From: Adineta vaga
Taxonomy: Eukaryota; Animalia; Rotifera
Reading direction: 5' to 3'
DNA: 64,000 nucleotides
NCBI GenBank assembly: GCA_021613535.1
Contig: CP075496.1
Span: 6,324,001 to 6,388,000, forward strand
Within the stretch, counting starts at the first letter, position 1. Every line of letters begins with the position of its first letter. The position numbers and the translations under genes were made by a program. Positions 1 through 11,871 of the stretch are shown in pieces. The notes below the pieces were generated by a model. That model made no database searches. It was not told the origin of the DNA and was given only the letters and a program-made list of their open reading frames with translations.

Positions 1-27
1 TACAAAGCAATCTGTTTCTTCTTGCAT
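1..27 (-). CDS. Possible 5' end of a gene running off the left edge (MQEETDCFV...)
   Basis: Minus-strand acceptor TTTTCTAG at ~113-120, then ATG at 27 with an open frame to the edge. A candidate upstream donor (AAG|GTAAAA) lies at ~2144. Too short to identify. Confidence 0.25.
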
Positions 28-580
28 GTTTGCACTAATCGATTAGTAACTCTGGAAAAACATCTTGCTTCAATCGAGATTTATCGCTTCGCTTTTTTTG
101 TTTTACACTTGTCTAGAAAACAGACGTCAATGTCTAACTAATGTTATTAAGAAATATTCTTCATGGCTGGACAATCTATCAACATACATTTAGTTATTCT
201 GTTGAATGATAGATCGATAATATGCAACAAAAAAAAAGAGAAAGTTTCTCCGTCTCTCACCCTCTCTGGGATGATTAAACTCCAAGGCAAATGACAGCTG
301 TTTTGATCGAATGATTTCTTGTACAGAAACGTCTTTTTTTTCCTCAAAATGCCAATGATCAAATTTATCAAAGCTTATCTCTGTAACTAGGATTATTCAA
401 TCGATGATCGAAACGCGCTGCTTATTTGTTCGTTTTGTATTTGTTAAATGTCTTTTTTTTATTTCTATAATACTATTCTATTCATCCAATCGTAGATGTT
501 TAATAGCAGTTACTGGCTCAACGTAGCCTGTACTGCTACATTTCATTGGACAATTATTCATCCGTGAAAACATTTTGATA

Positions 581-1261
581 ATGACGAGTTTAAGTTCATC
601 TCATGATGATTTTCAATCGATAACTATTTCGGAAGATTCAACTGTTAGTGAAGGAACACGTCGTCTACTTTCGCCCTATAATCGAAATCGATTTGATACG
701 CTTAATCGTGATATTCAGAATGAATTAATCAAAGTGAAAGATACATTTCGAATTATAACAAATGATCTTAATTCCTTTCAAGGTGGACCTGAACAATTAA
801 AAGAATTTAAAGATAAAATTCGTCATATGAATTTCATTCTCTTAACTATTAAACAACGTCATGATATTCTTGATGATCGAAATGAACAGATGTTACTCGA
901 TTTACAAAATCATATTTGGGATATTGCGAAATATTCTGTACGAATAGAAATATATCTATGTACGATTGAACAAATGAAAAATTCAGCAAATGAATTATTA
1001 CAAATAGGAAAGAAAATTTCATCGAATGATTACGAACAATTACTTACCGATGGAAATAAATTAAAACATGAAGTAACATTATTAGAAATACGAGCCAAAA
1101 GCGATTGTCAAAATCTTGCTATACATGAAAATCTTGATAAATTACAGAAACGTTGTGCAATTATTTTAAATATCAATGAACGTACACAATTGAAAACTTT
1201 GAGAAATTTTCAAGTGAAAAAATCTATACTTAACCATTGTCGTAATCGTCTTTTCGATTAA
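581..1261 (+). CDS. Intronless orphan helical/coiled-coil protein (~226 aa)
   Basis: Long ORF in AT-rich DNA with heptad-like amphipathic helices. No motif recognised. First ATG at 581. Confidence 0.6.
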   Translation: MTSLSSSHDDFQSITISEDSTVSEGTRRLLSPYNRNRFDTLNRDIQNELIKVKDTFRIITNDLNSFQGGPEQLKEFKDKIRHMNFILLTIKQRHDILDDRNEQMLLDLQNHIWDIAKYSVRIEIYLCTIEQMKNSANELLQIGKKISSNDYEQLLTDGNKLKHEVTLLEIRAKSDCQNLAIHENLDKLQKRCAIILNINERTQLKTLRNFQVKKSILNHCRNRLFD

Positions 1262-2399
1262 TATTGTTTCACTTTTCTTGTCCAAAATTGATATACATAC
1301 ATACATACGAACGATCTATTTGGTTCTGAAGTGCGAAAATCTGATGACATTTTGTAAATTAGGACAATTGACAGAATGAGAGCAGAGAGTCAACAGATAT
1401 AACAGGAACGATAACAAACAATAACAGTTGCCTAGTTTTGTATCATTGTGGTGCTATTATCAAAAGTAACGCATCAACCAATTTCATTGACGTCATTGCC
1501 AGAAAAAAAATAGAATGAAAGCGAGAAAATAATCACTGACATAATATCTATTTTTGCTCGTATTCTATGTGTTTGTTCCCTCGATACGTTTCTATTTCCT
1601 TTCTTTTTGTTTCTTCAAGAACAAACAAGTTGTCTATTATATCTGTTTCTTAGTACTATAGATTGGATTCATTGCAATAGACATAAAATAAATGTGACGA
1701 TTTGCAAGAAATAAGATGGCAAGAAGATCGATACTGATTGCAATGACCTTGTCAAAAAAATAAATGGCGTATCTAATCACAAACATGAAAATATCATAGT
1801 CTATTGATGAATACGAATTATTTCACAAAAGCAAGATGCATGAAAAATGTAGAAACTGAATAGAATAGAATCGGATCATTATCAAAGTAATGAATCGCTC
1901 GAGATGAAACTTTGAAGGTCAGTACAAGACTTGATCTAATGCAAACATCGATTACTAATGTTTCATTCATCTGTATGCTCTGATGTTATCCGATCATTAG
2001 TAAGAATAACTTCTCATTTTAATACAAGCAGACAAAAAAAACGAGTTAAATCGTTTTTTTTTCTCCATAAATATTTCAATAATATCATATACAATATTTT
2101 GTATTCGTTTAATGAAATTATGAAAAGAAACTTTAGACTTTTACCTTGTCAATTGCGTAGAAAGATAACTGTTATCTGTTTGAGTTTGTCTTCATTTTCT
2201 TGTTTTATTTCTATATGAGCATTAATCATATGTACGAAGTTAATTAGAATCGTACATATGACAGACAATCTATTGAGTACATAATGAAAGAAACGTGATA
2301 GTTGTGTTTTATTTCCTATTTTATTTTCAAATGATAAATGTAAATTTGTATATAAAAAAAGAAGTAGAAGAAGAATTTCTCGTCCATTCCAATTGGATT

Positions 2400-3089
2400 T
2401 TATGCGTTGCGCACTTTGCCAGGAACATATTTATCATGATCAATCTTTTCCTCTTGTAGAAATACATGAAGTGAACGTTCATTTTGTGCCAAAGGATGAC
2501 CAGCTATTCTATATAATCAATGGAAAAGCTCGAATTAAATCAAATCGATTCATATTCTTTAACATACTTAATGATAAATTCTTCCAATCCTTTTCTTCTT
2601 TCTTCAATAAAATCATCATCAAAGAGACCATCATTATTTCGAAGAAATGCAGGTATTTGTCGTTGCCATGCTTTGCCTGGTAAAGGTGGTACAACAATCT
2701 ATATATACAAAATTTCAAAGTGCTTATTATCGGATGAAAACAAACGGAAAAGAATGTCAATTATCTACTTTACTATCTCGTTCAAGTTCTTTACGTAACC
2801 ATTCAAAATCCGAATAACGACGACGTACAGATGAATCTTTTAATCGAAATACAGGTAACTTAGTCTAGAATAGACAAATTGGTTATTTATTTAACATGAA
2901 TCAATAGAATATTACTCTTGTTCGAATTTCATAATCAGTATATCTATTTCCACCCAATCCATGTGTTATTGGATTGACAATTTCAACTTCAAGAAAATTA
3001 TCTGGTGGCTCATATGAATTTTCAGATGCATGCTGTTGAACGGGTAATCGAGCAATTTCCGGTCGAATATTTGAACCGACAACTGCCAT
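2400..3089 (-). CDS. SNX3: Sorting nexin 3/12 (PX domain), 4 coding exons
   Basis: Spliced translation gives YEPPDNFLEVEIVNP...YTDYEIRTR|TKLPVF...SVRRRYSDFEWLRKELERDSK|IVVPPLPGKAW...FIEERRKGLE...|IAGHPLAQNERSLHVFLQ. Stop TAA 2400-2402. Confidence 0.93.
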
Positions 3090-4299
3090 AATTAAAATCG
3101 ATCTAAAAAATACATGAAAATTTCAATAGAAATAAAAAGAAGTATTTTCATGATGAAACATGCATTTTACCTCACTATTCGAAAAAAAAGAAAGAAATAT
3201 GATAAGAAGGAGAAGACGAAGACATTGTAAAGGTTATAATCGTAAGCCCTCTTTTGTTGATGCTTATCTATATTATCTTTCATATCAAAATATAGTGCAT
3301 TGATCATCTCATTTTTTTATCGAACTTCATAATAATTCAATGAACATATATTGTTTTCGTATTCACATTAGTGTATTATGGAGTAAAACGAAGAATTTTC
3401 TCAAGATATTTTGATCTTACCATAACAAAATAGTCTCGATAAATATCTTTCGAAATACATTCATTTGTTAACTATAATTAATCAAGCGCAACTATATATA
3501 TTTATAAACCATTCGATTACATGCAATTGCATCACCAATTAACACAGATAATTTCACGATCAAATTTTTCATCGTTATGTGAACAATGATGATATCAGCA
3601 ACAATATATTGTGTAATTTCTATCATTCGATTTCTGTCTAAACAAATTACGAAATGAAAAGTTACAATTCAAAAATAAAATAAATAAGAAACACGATGTA
3701 AAAGAACGAACATCGACAGAATCGACGAAATATTCGAAGAAAAATCATATACATTTAAGTTACATAGTCAGAGCATGTGAATTAAATGACATTTTGTTTT
3801 GATTGATATTTTTGTTAACTCGTTGAAAACTATCAGATACTTCAGGTAAGTTGAATTAAATCTTTCGTCTTTCTTTTTACATATTGACTGAAGATAAAAA
3901 TAATATGAACAACATATGTTCATCGAGATTCTTCTCTCTCAATAGAAAATATCAGACAGAGGAAGAGAAAGCTTATCATCTTGACCGACGAATAGAGAAC
4001 ATGAGTCATGATGATGATAAATGAAATTTATTTTGAACTAAACATGCGTTCAGATATATATATAAACGAATAGAAAGATTGATTTTTTTATTACATTCAA
4101 GTACAAATCCTAAACGTTACTGTAAAAATCGTCAATAGTTTATTTTTTTCATGCAAAAAGCTTTTTCGAACTATCTTTCCAACAATGTTTACAAAAGATT
4201 CAGGTAAATGTATAGAACATAGTTTATTATATATTTGAAAGAAAAAAAAATCTATTCATATTACATATTCATCTATTGTTTATTTTTAGTCGTAAACAA

Positions 4300-5895
4300 A
4301 TGTCTTTGGGAAAGCTCAATTTGTTCGGTGGATCCGCTCTTTTTACTCCACAAGAAAAGAAAAATATTCTTATTTATATTTTCGGTATTATGTTATATAA
4401 ATTCGGAGTTGAAGCATTCAATGGTGCGATTGTAACACTTGCAACAAATCGTTATGATCAAGATGCACATGAAGCTGACGCATTAACACGTACATTCGAA
4501 AGAGTGGGTTTATTAATTGGTCTTAATCAAGCATCACAATGTATTGGTTCGATGATTATTGGTCCATTGATTAAACGTTGGCGAACACAAGTTGTTCTTT
4601 CAGCAACAATCTTTATTTTCGCTCTGTCAACTGCGATTTTCATTGTACTTGATGTTATAACTGGTGGAAGTATTAAACCAAATGATTTCGTACCAAAACA
4701 TAAGAATGATTTTAGTTATTATGGAGATTATCGTACGGATATAATCATTCCAATCTATTGTCTTACTGGTATTACTTTTGGAATGGTTGAATCTATTCGT
4801 CGTGTTATTCCTGCACACATTGCTGGTGATAATATAGTTAAATTACGTAAAATGAATGCGTTAGTTCATATTTTCTATGAAATAGCTGGTGTAAGTGGTG
4901 CTCTTACAACTGCACTTGTTTTAATGCCTAAATTAGGAACGAATCATGCATTTATTATAACACCCATCCTTTTTACAGCATCTGGTTTAGTTTGGTTATT
5001 CATTCGTTCCGCAGCAAAGAAAACCAATGTTGATGATGAAGATGTTGTATCGTATTTAAAAAAACCGAAAATCAATTATTTCAAAGCAATCGGTGTGACA
5101 CTTCTATCTTTTGTTCAATCGATTTATTTTGGTGCAAAAATTATTTTTACCAGTCGAAAATTCATCTGGTTATTTGCAGTTTACCCATTAGCACTTTATT
5201 CACATCGATATACAGAAAATAGTATTGCTCCACAAGTTGCTCGACGATATTTACACCATTCAGATTGGTCACAAATCTTAGTTGGTGGTTCGAATTTTGG
5301 TGAATTATTAGGCGCAGTATTTGTTTTTTGTTTTAATAATACAATGAAAAGTCCAATCTTATGGGTAAGATTAGATGCTATTATGTTACTTGTTATTTGG
5401 TATATACCATTTTATTATCCTCCTGTTGATCAAATTAAATATGCTTGGATTATTGCAGCTTCCCTAGTTCCAATTGGATTTGCTTCAGCTGTTGGTGATA
5501 TCTCTCTTGATGCTTATATTCAATCATCTTTAACACGTTTAGAATCTAAACATAAAAATATTTCACCACTAGGAGCTGTTATGGCATTTCTCTATTCAAC
5601 ATATATCATTATTTATTCGATTGCAAATCCATTACTTGGAAAACATATTGATCATGTTTATAATACAAAGGGAACGGTTCATTCTGCACTTATTTTTACT
5701 GCTGCAGTACAATTGAGTGTTGTTGTACTGATTATGTGCATTGGATCATTGATTCCAAAAGGCGCTATGGCATGTAATCCAGTCTTAATTGATGATGATG
5801 GTGAACCGATTGTTTCTGGTGAAAGTGCGGAAAAATTGAAGTTAACTCCTTGTAAACATGGCGAACTTGACAAAACTGAAAAACAAGATATTTGA
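4300..5895 (+). CDS. MFS-type multi-pass transporter, intronless CDS, fungal-like
   Basis: 531-aa ORF with ~12 hydrophobic segments. Motifs GIMLYKFGVEAFNG, GLNQASQCIG and GGSNFGELLGA. Confidence 0.8.
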   Translation: MSLGKLNLFGGSALFTPQEKKNILIYIFGIMLYKFGVEAFNGAIVTLATNRYDQDAHEADALTRTFERVGLLIGLNQASQCIGSMIIGPLIKRWRTQVVLSATIFIFALSTAIFIVLDVITGGSIKPNDFVPKHKNDFSYYGDYRTDIIIPIYCLTGITFGMVESIRRVIPAHIAGDNIVKLRKMNALVHIFYEIAGVSGALTTALVLMPKLGTNHAFIITPILFTASGLVWLFIRSAAKKTNVDDEDVVSYLKKPKINYFKAIGVTLLSFVQSIYFGAKIIFTSRKFIWLFAVYPLALYSHRYTENSIAPQVARRYLHHSDWSQILVGGSNFGELLGAVFVFCFNNTMKSPILWVRLDAIMLLVIWYIPFYYPPVDQIKYAWIIAASLVPIGFASAVGDISLDAYIQSSLTRLESKHKNISPLGAVMAFLYSTYIIIYSIANPLLGKHIDHVYNTKGTVHSALIFTAAVQLSVVVLIMCIGSLIPKGAMACNPVLIDDDGEPIVSGESAEKLKLTPCKHGELDKTEKQDI

Positions 5896-6152
5896 AACTT
5901 TACAATCTAAATAAACCGTGTCGTAGGAAAATTGATCATTATCTGTGTTTTTTTGTAAATAGACAAAAAATGACTTAAATCACTGTATTTAATAATAATA
6001 AACAAGCAAAGAAAGAACTACTGATTTTATTGTTCGTTTTTGGACTGAAAACAACAGTTTGAATCGTATACAAGCTTTGCTTCGATTGAACTTTGTTCGG
6101 GATTGAATGAAAAAAATATACAAAATTCACAAAAATCAAAAGAAAACGATCT

Positions 6153-9100
6153 TTATAGTGTTACCGATGCTTCGGAAGCGTGTAAGATTGTTGATGAAAA
6201 CTTGTCACTAAGTGCCCTTTCAATAACGGGATACAGTGCATCATAAATTCTCACCTCATTCTTCTCGTCTAGTAGCATGTTACCATATTTAATACACTTG
6301 TCATGAATATACTTTTCAATTGTATTTTTGTACATGCGTAATGTAATTTCAATTTCACTTGCTGATGGTCTCTTATTTGGTTCCGAATGAAGACATTGAG
6401 CGATAAGATCAGAAAATATTGGACTAACATCTGTTAGTTTGATACGACGAGTCAACAAATCATATTGATGTCTCTTTTCTGTAAAAAGATGATATATAGT
6501 TAAACCAAATGTATACACATCTAATGATTGATCATATTTGCCAGTATAGAAATCGAATGGCATATAAGGTACACAACCGATTAATGTTAGATTTTCATCA
6601 GGTAACCAAACACGTGCAAGACCCATGTCACCAATTTTAGCTGTATAATCTTGTGTGACAAGAATATTTTCCGGTCTAATATCCCGATGAATCATATGGT
6701 GTTCATGTAATTTACGCATACCACTTGCTATTTGACAAGCCATTTCGACTTTACGTCGTAAGGAGATCTTTTCTGATTGTTTAAGAACACTATTTAAACT
6801 ACCACGAGACATATATTCCATAATAAGCATACATTTTTGTGTACCATCTGATAATCCTTGAATATTATATCCATACGTTTTGAGAATGTAAGGACCGGAT
6901 AGTTCAGTATAGGCAGCTAATTCTTTTCGAAAACTCTTTTCAAGATGTGCATGATCTGGCGATATACGAATTATTTTGCAAGCAACTTGTCGATTTTTTG
7001 ATAACCATTTTGCTTTATAAACAGTTCCTGTAGATGAAAAGCAACAATTTTATTTTTCTTCCTGATTAAAAATAGATAATTGTAGTTCTTAAGAGAATAC
7101 TTACCAAAACCACCACGACCAAGTTCATCACCAAGTTCAATATCATTCATTGGTATTTCTAAGAAACGACTTTTACCAATAGCTAACAGTGGATGTGATT
7201 GATCATGTAGACGCTTTTCCATACAACTGACACAAAGGTTATAATCATGACAAGTATCACATTTAAAACGCAATCCATTCAGTGGATTCATTTTACAAAT
7301 ATTACATCCTATATCAATATGTTCTTCCAAGTGATACTTTTCTTTAAATGCAGTTAGAGTTATCATTGCCTTAACATTCATAACAGATTCACCAAAAATT
7401 TCGTCTGGACCGGAGTAATGTACTATGGCATGTCTATTGAGATGATGAAAAGTTTCACGTCGTTGATCAAAACATCGTCCACACAGATCATAGTCAGAAC
7501 ATTCTAAACATTTATAACGATCACCTATAATACGAAGTGAACTACAGGCACGACATTGTATACGATGGAATTCAGCAACACCATTTTCGGAATTATTGTC
7601 ATGATCGATCAATAGAGTAGCAAGTTGTTGAATTAAATTTCGTTGTTCACGTTGTTTTCGCATTTTCTCGTCTTCGTCCTAAACTTTTAGATAACAACAT
7701 ATAGAATAAAATAATATAGCTATTGACCTTGCTATGATGTACGATGGAAGGTTTGGGAAGTGGTTCTTGGTAGGCAGTAACAAATAATGTATCATCGATT
7801 TTTTCATGATCATCAATTTTACTATTGGTTGCTACATTTTCAGTCTGTACGATAGTGACTGAATTTGAAATAGCTTCGAATTGTAATAATTCACAATCCT
7901 TTTTAGAACCTGTGAAAAAATACGATGAAAGAGTTGATAAACTTCCTCTAAAACCTTATCTTACCAATAAAAATAATTTGTCCTTTTCGTTTTTCATCAT
8001 TGATTTCAATAGTACATATTTCATACATTTGAATAGATAGACATGATCCACATATTGAGATCAATGGAACAATATCAATACTGTCATTACTTTCCCAACG
8101 CACTGCACCGAAATCTTTCATACCACGAGTAGGGCCATAGAAATCTAATCAGAATTGAAATAGAAATTGGATTTCTCTTCAACTACTTACCAATTATATT
8201 TCGCACTGGGTTATAAAGTCGAACTGTACTAAGATTACTATGTAGATGTTTTCTACTTTTTTTATAATATGCATACGTTGCTGGACTGCAAACAAGAAGT
8301 TGTAACAGTGGTTCATTGATATCATTTATTTTCTTTTTCAGATTTTCAGAAGAATCATCTTCGATATTGATACCATTATATTCAATTATTCGATCAAATG
8401 ATTTTAAACCAGCATGATTTGCTAATGTTGATCGTTGATCATTATATAATTGAATGTAATGAAAATGTTCATGACGATGATAGTATAGAGCATTGTGTAA
8501 TGCTTCTGTAGCTGTAATTTTATTCAATGTACATAAACGTATATCGTCTTCAATATAAGTAAGTGTACTAGTTTCATCAATAGTACAAGGATCTAAAAAT
8601 AAACATTCTCCCTTATTAAATATTACAGATATAATTAATACTTTTTTTTCAAAATTGTAAGTATATTTCAACATGCTAGCCTTACCATAGTTTTCACTTA
8701 TCCACTTCATAAATTCTTCGGGTGGTAGTAAACCATATCCACTAGCTTGACAAATCACACCTGCTTTATTACGATATTCAATATTACGCCCAAAATCTTC
8801 AACACGTATGAATGGAACGTCGTTTCTCAGATTGAATGCCACACGTTTCTCATAAGATATTAGAATAATATGCCATGCTGGATTATCTCCATCTCTACCT
8901 TTCAAAATATCAATACTCTCATCACATCTTTGTTTGGTAATCACTTCGATTGGTTCTAATAAAGTCTAAAAAAATGAAATTTATCGCTGATGATTTTGTC
9001 AAGTGTACATTACTTGTTCAACTGTTTTCATTGAAGTTGACAGTGATGAAACATTCACTGTTGTCTAATTTAATAAAACGATATCATGTTTAGTCAAATA

Positions 9101-9225
9101 TTCATTAACAATACTAACTTGACTGGAAGTTTGGTCAGATAATGGTGTTTCGAATCTGGATTTATATACCCCCTATAATGACAATAATCTCTGACAAATA
9201 AAAGTAACATCAATTTCATTACCAT
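6153..9225 (-). CDS. Multidomain TKL-like protein kinase: N-myristoyl motif, PAWH domain, PDZ, 2x ZZ zinc finger, kinase (~9 exons)
   Basis: ATG-only first exon spliced to GVYKSR. PDZ (ANHAGLKSFDRIIEYNGINI...LQLLV), two ZZ fingers (RYKCLECSDYDLC; RFKCDTCHDYNLC), and kinase motifs GRGGFG, VACK, HRDIRPEN, DMG and DVYTFG. Confidence 0.85.
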
Positions 9226-9952
9226 AATAATAAACTTGTCGTTCACCAAAATGAAAACTTCCGACTACTTTTTAATGAAAAAAGTTTCAAAACGTAACGC
9301 ACGTGTCCCCGTGAATACGTCACAAAAACAAGATAAGAAGTGTATGGAAAAAAAACCTATCTACAGATAGTCAGCGTATAAAATGATGCAAACTCATTCA
9401 TAATTATTGCTGAATTATTACGTCAGTTTGTAAATTGTAATTCACATGTACAATGATGAGAAACTCACATTTGTTCTGTACGTTCGTTTGTGTGCATAAT
9501 ACGTTAATTTGCTTCTATATCTTCATGCACGTCTAGAAAGAGATCATTCATTTCTATATAAATGGTGACTTCTTTTTTATTCAATTTAGATAATAATAAA
9601 AACAAAACGTTAACTTCTAAGTGCATTTTTACACAAAGATCAATATATAAAACAAATTATCTGAACAGATACTATTTTATGATTTTGCGTTTAATCCAAA
9701 CGAAAATACGATGAATAATTCATTCTAGTGAAATATCATATATCAAAACCTTCTAACTTTCGTTTTTATTCTAGTTATCTTTTATTGCGATGTTAAAAGA
9801 GAAATAAAATATTTGCATATAAGAAGAGAGAAAATACCAGCTGAAAAAACATAACATTAGATATTGAATGTATAAGTTACTCTTGAGATCCAGAAAAATA
9901 TCTTGTACTAACTACGAAAGAGCAGAAAATGAAAGACTAGTCATTTATTGTT

Positions 9953-10891
9953 TTAATTTGATAAACGATGATTGTAGAAAAAACGACGAATATCATACAT
10001 TGTTTTACATTCATTAATCATACTTTCAACTCGATTTCTCATATAAGAATATTTGAATGACGAATTTCTTTCAATTTCTTCAAAAAGATCACAATTGAAT
10101 ACTTGATGGAATGTTGTTTGTTCACGAATAATTGATGTAATTACGGATGATAGAATATGTTCAGCATTAATGAATGGAATATAAACTCCTCCTTAGATTA
10201 AAAAAAACAAAGACATTGTTGAATAATTCAAATATAAATCACTTATTGATGTTTACCCGTATTTTGAGCCAATGCACAATAGAAATCATCACATTGAATA
10301 ATACTTTCTCCAACACCAACAACAATTAAAGTAATACCTTGATTACGCATGAGATTCGACATCTTCCAAGGATCACTACCATTCAGCGGACTAAATAAAC
10401 CATTAGGCACACCATCCGTAATTAGTACAACAAGTTTCTCAAGATATATACCATTATGATCCTATGAATAAGAAAAAACAAGAATTTATTTTAAGGAAAG
10501 AAATCAATTCATTTCACAAACGTTATCACGCCATGAAAGCTTCAAAACTTCACGTAAAGCACCACCTGAAATAGTACGTTGAAAACTTATATTTCAGGAG
10601 AATAATAACAGCTTTACCAATATCTCTATAACCATCTGTGTTTCTTTCTTGCCATTGTTGATTATTGACTATTTGTTCTAATACATTTCTATGTTGAGTA
10701 AACGAATTTGTTATCGTTACAGGATAATCATAATGTGATCGAAATTGAATTAGACTAAGTCGAGTACTGTCGTCATTATCCATTGACACTTCATCAAGAA
10801 CACGAAGAATTTTTTCTTTAATTAAATTAATATTGAGTGCCATCAATGGGGTTGAATCAAGACAAATTACTGTATCAATTGTATTACCCAT
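9953..10891 (-). CDS. von Willebrand factor A (vWA) domain protein, 4 exons
   Basis: DTVICLDSTPLM...LSLIQFRSH, LKLSWR, KLVVLITDGVPNG, GITLIVVGVG and ALAQNT|GGVYIP match a vWA Rossmann fold. GT-AG introns, stop 9953-9955. Confidence 0.75.
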
Positions 10892-11871
10892 TTGATGAGC
10901 GAATAAATAAAAATATCCTAAGAATGATATAAATCGTGTTTAGTCGTATGTTGTATGACAGTCAATGAAAGAAGAATATTATAAAACATGAGTATTGATC
11001 GCTGTTACTCATTTAATAAAATCTTCTTTTCTTCATTAAGATGAGAGTGCTCTCAAATTGATGGGCTGTTGCCACTTCTTTCTCTCTGTTTCTCTCGTAT
11101 ATTATCGTTGTACCATCAATAGATCTGTCATACTCTACTACATATAATAGTCAACTGGTACATTTTAGTCTAGGTAGTTTGATTGATGTTCAGTTCCTTC
11201 ACTGAGCAGCAAATATATGACAAAGCCTTTTTTCACTTACGAAGCAGAACAACTATAGAAGTGCAAAAAAACAACTTATTTTTGTTGCAGTAGACAATGT
11301 GTATGAATTAAAATGACGACTGAAGACTATATCGTTTCTGTACAAAAAAAATTATTCCTGTGAAATAATACGAACACACCCTACGTCTCTCTACTATGTT
11401 TCTCGTTCTTCGTGTTTCTACGCGTTCTAACGCGAACTCTAGTCTTTGCACTCCAAAGATGCCCTATCTCAAAGAGAAGAAACAGAATAGTAGTTATAGT
11501 AAATGAGCAGTGACGACTTATGTTGTAAATCGTATGACTAATATTGATTCTTCTAGAAATAATACCTTTTGCAATACAATATAATGTAAACTCATTGAAG
11601 TATGTACTTCAAATGATAATAGAATATATACCAAAAGAAGTCAAATAAATATTTTGAAACAAAATAGATGGTATCATTAATTATAGATGATGAAGTGTTC
11701 AAGAGACGTTATTTCGATAAAAAAGAATTGTATGATTTTATATTCTGTAATTCATATGAATAAGAAGTCAATGGATTAATCATAAACTAAATGATCTTTT
11801 CTTTTATTCATTTAACTTAAATTTTTCGAGTAAAGATAAACAGAAAAATTCGGTAATGATAATCAGCTGTT

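Noticed and set aside
3090-3180. Acceptor just upstream of the SNX3 ATG as a trans-splice site
   Set aside because: A cis donor (GAG|GTAAAA, ~3170) lies about 65 nt upstream, so an ordinary 5'UTR intron explains it.
8593-8685. In-frame stop-free 93-nt intron read through by the ORF track
   Set aside because: Canonical GTAAG...TTTAG boundaries. Stop-free 3n introns occur by chance and nothing suggests retention.
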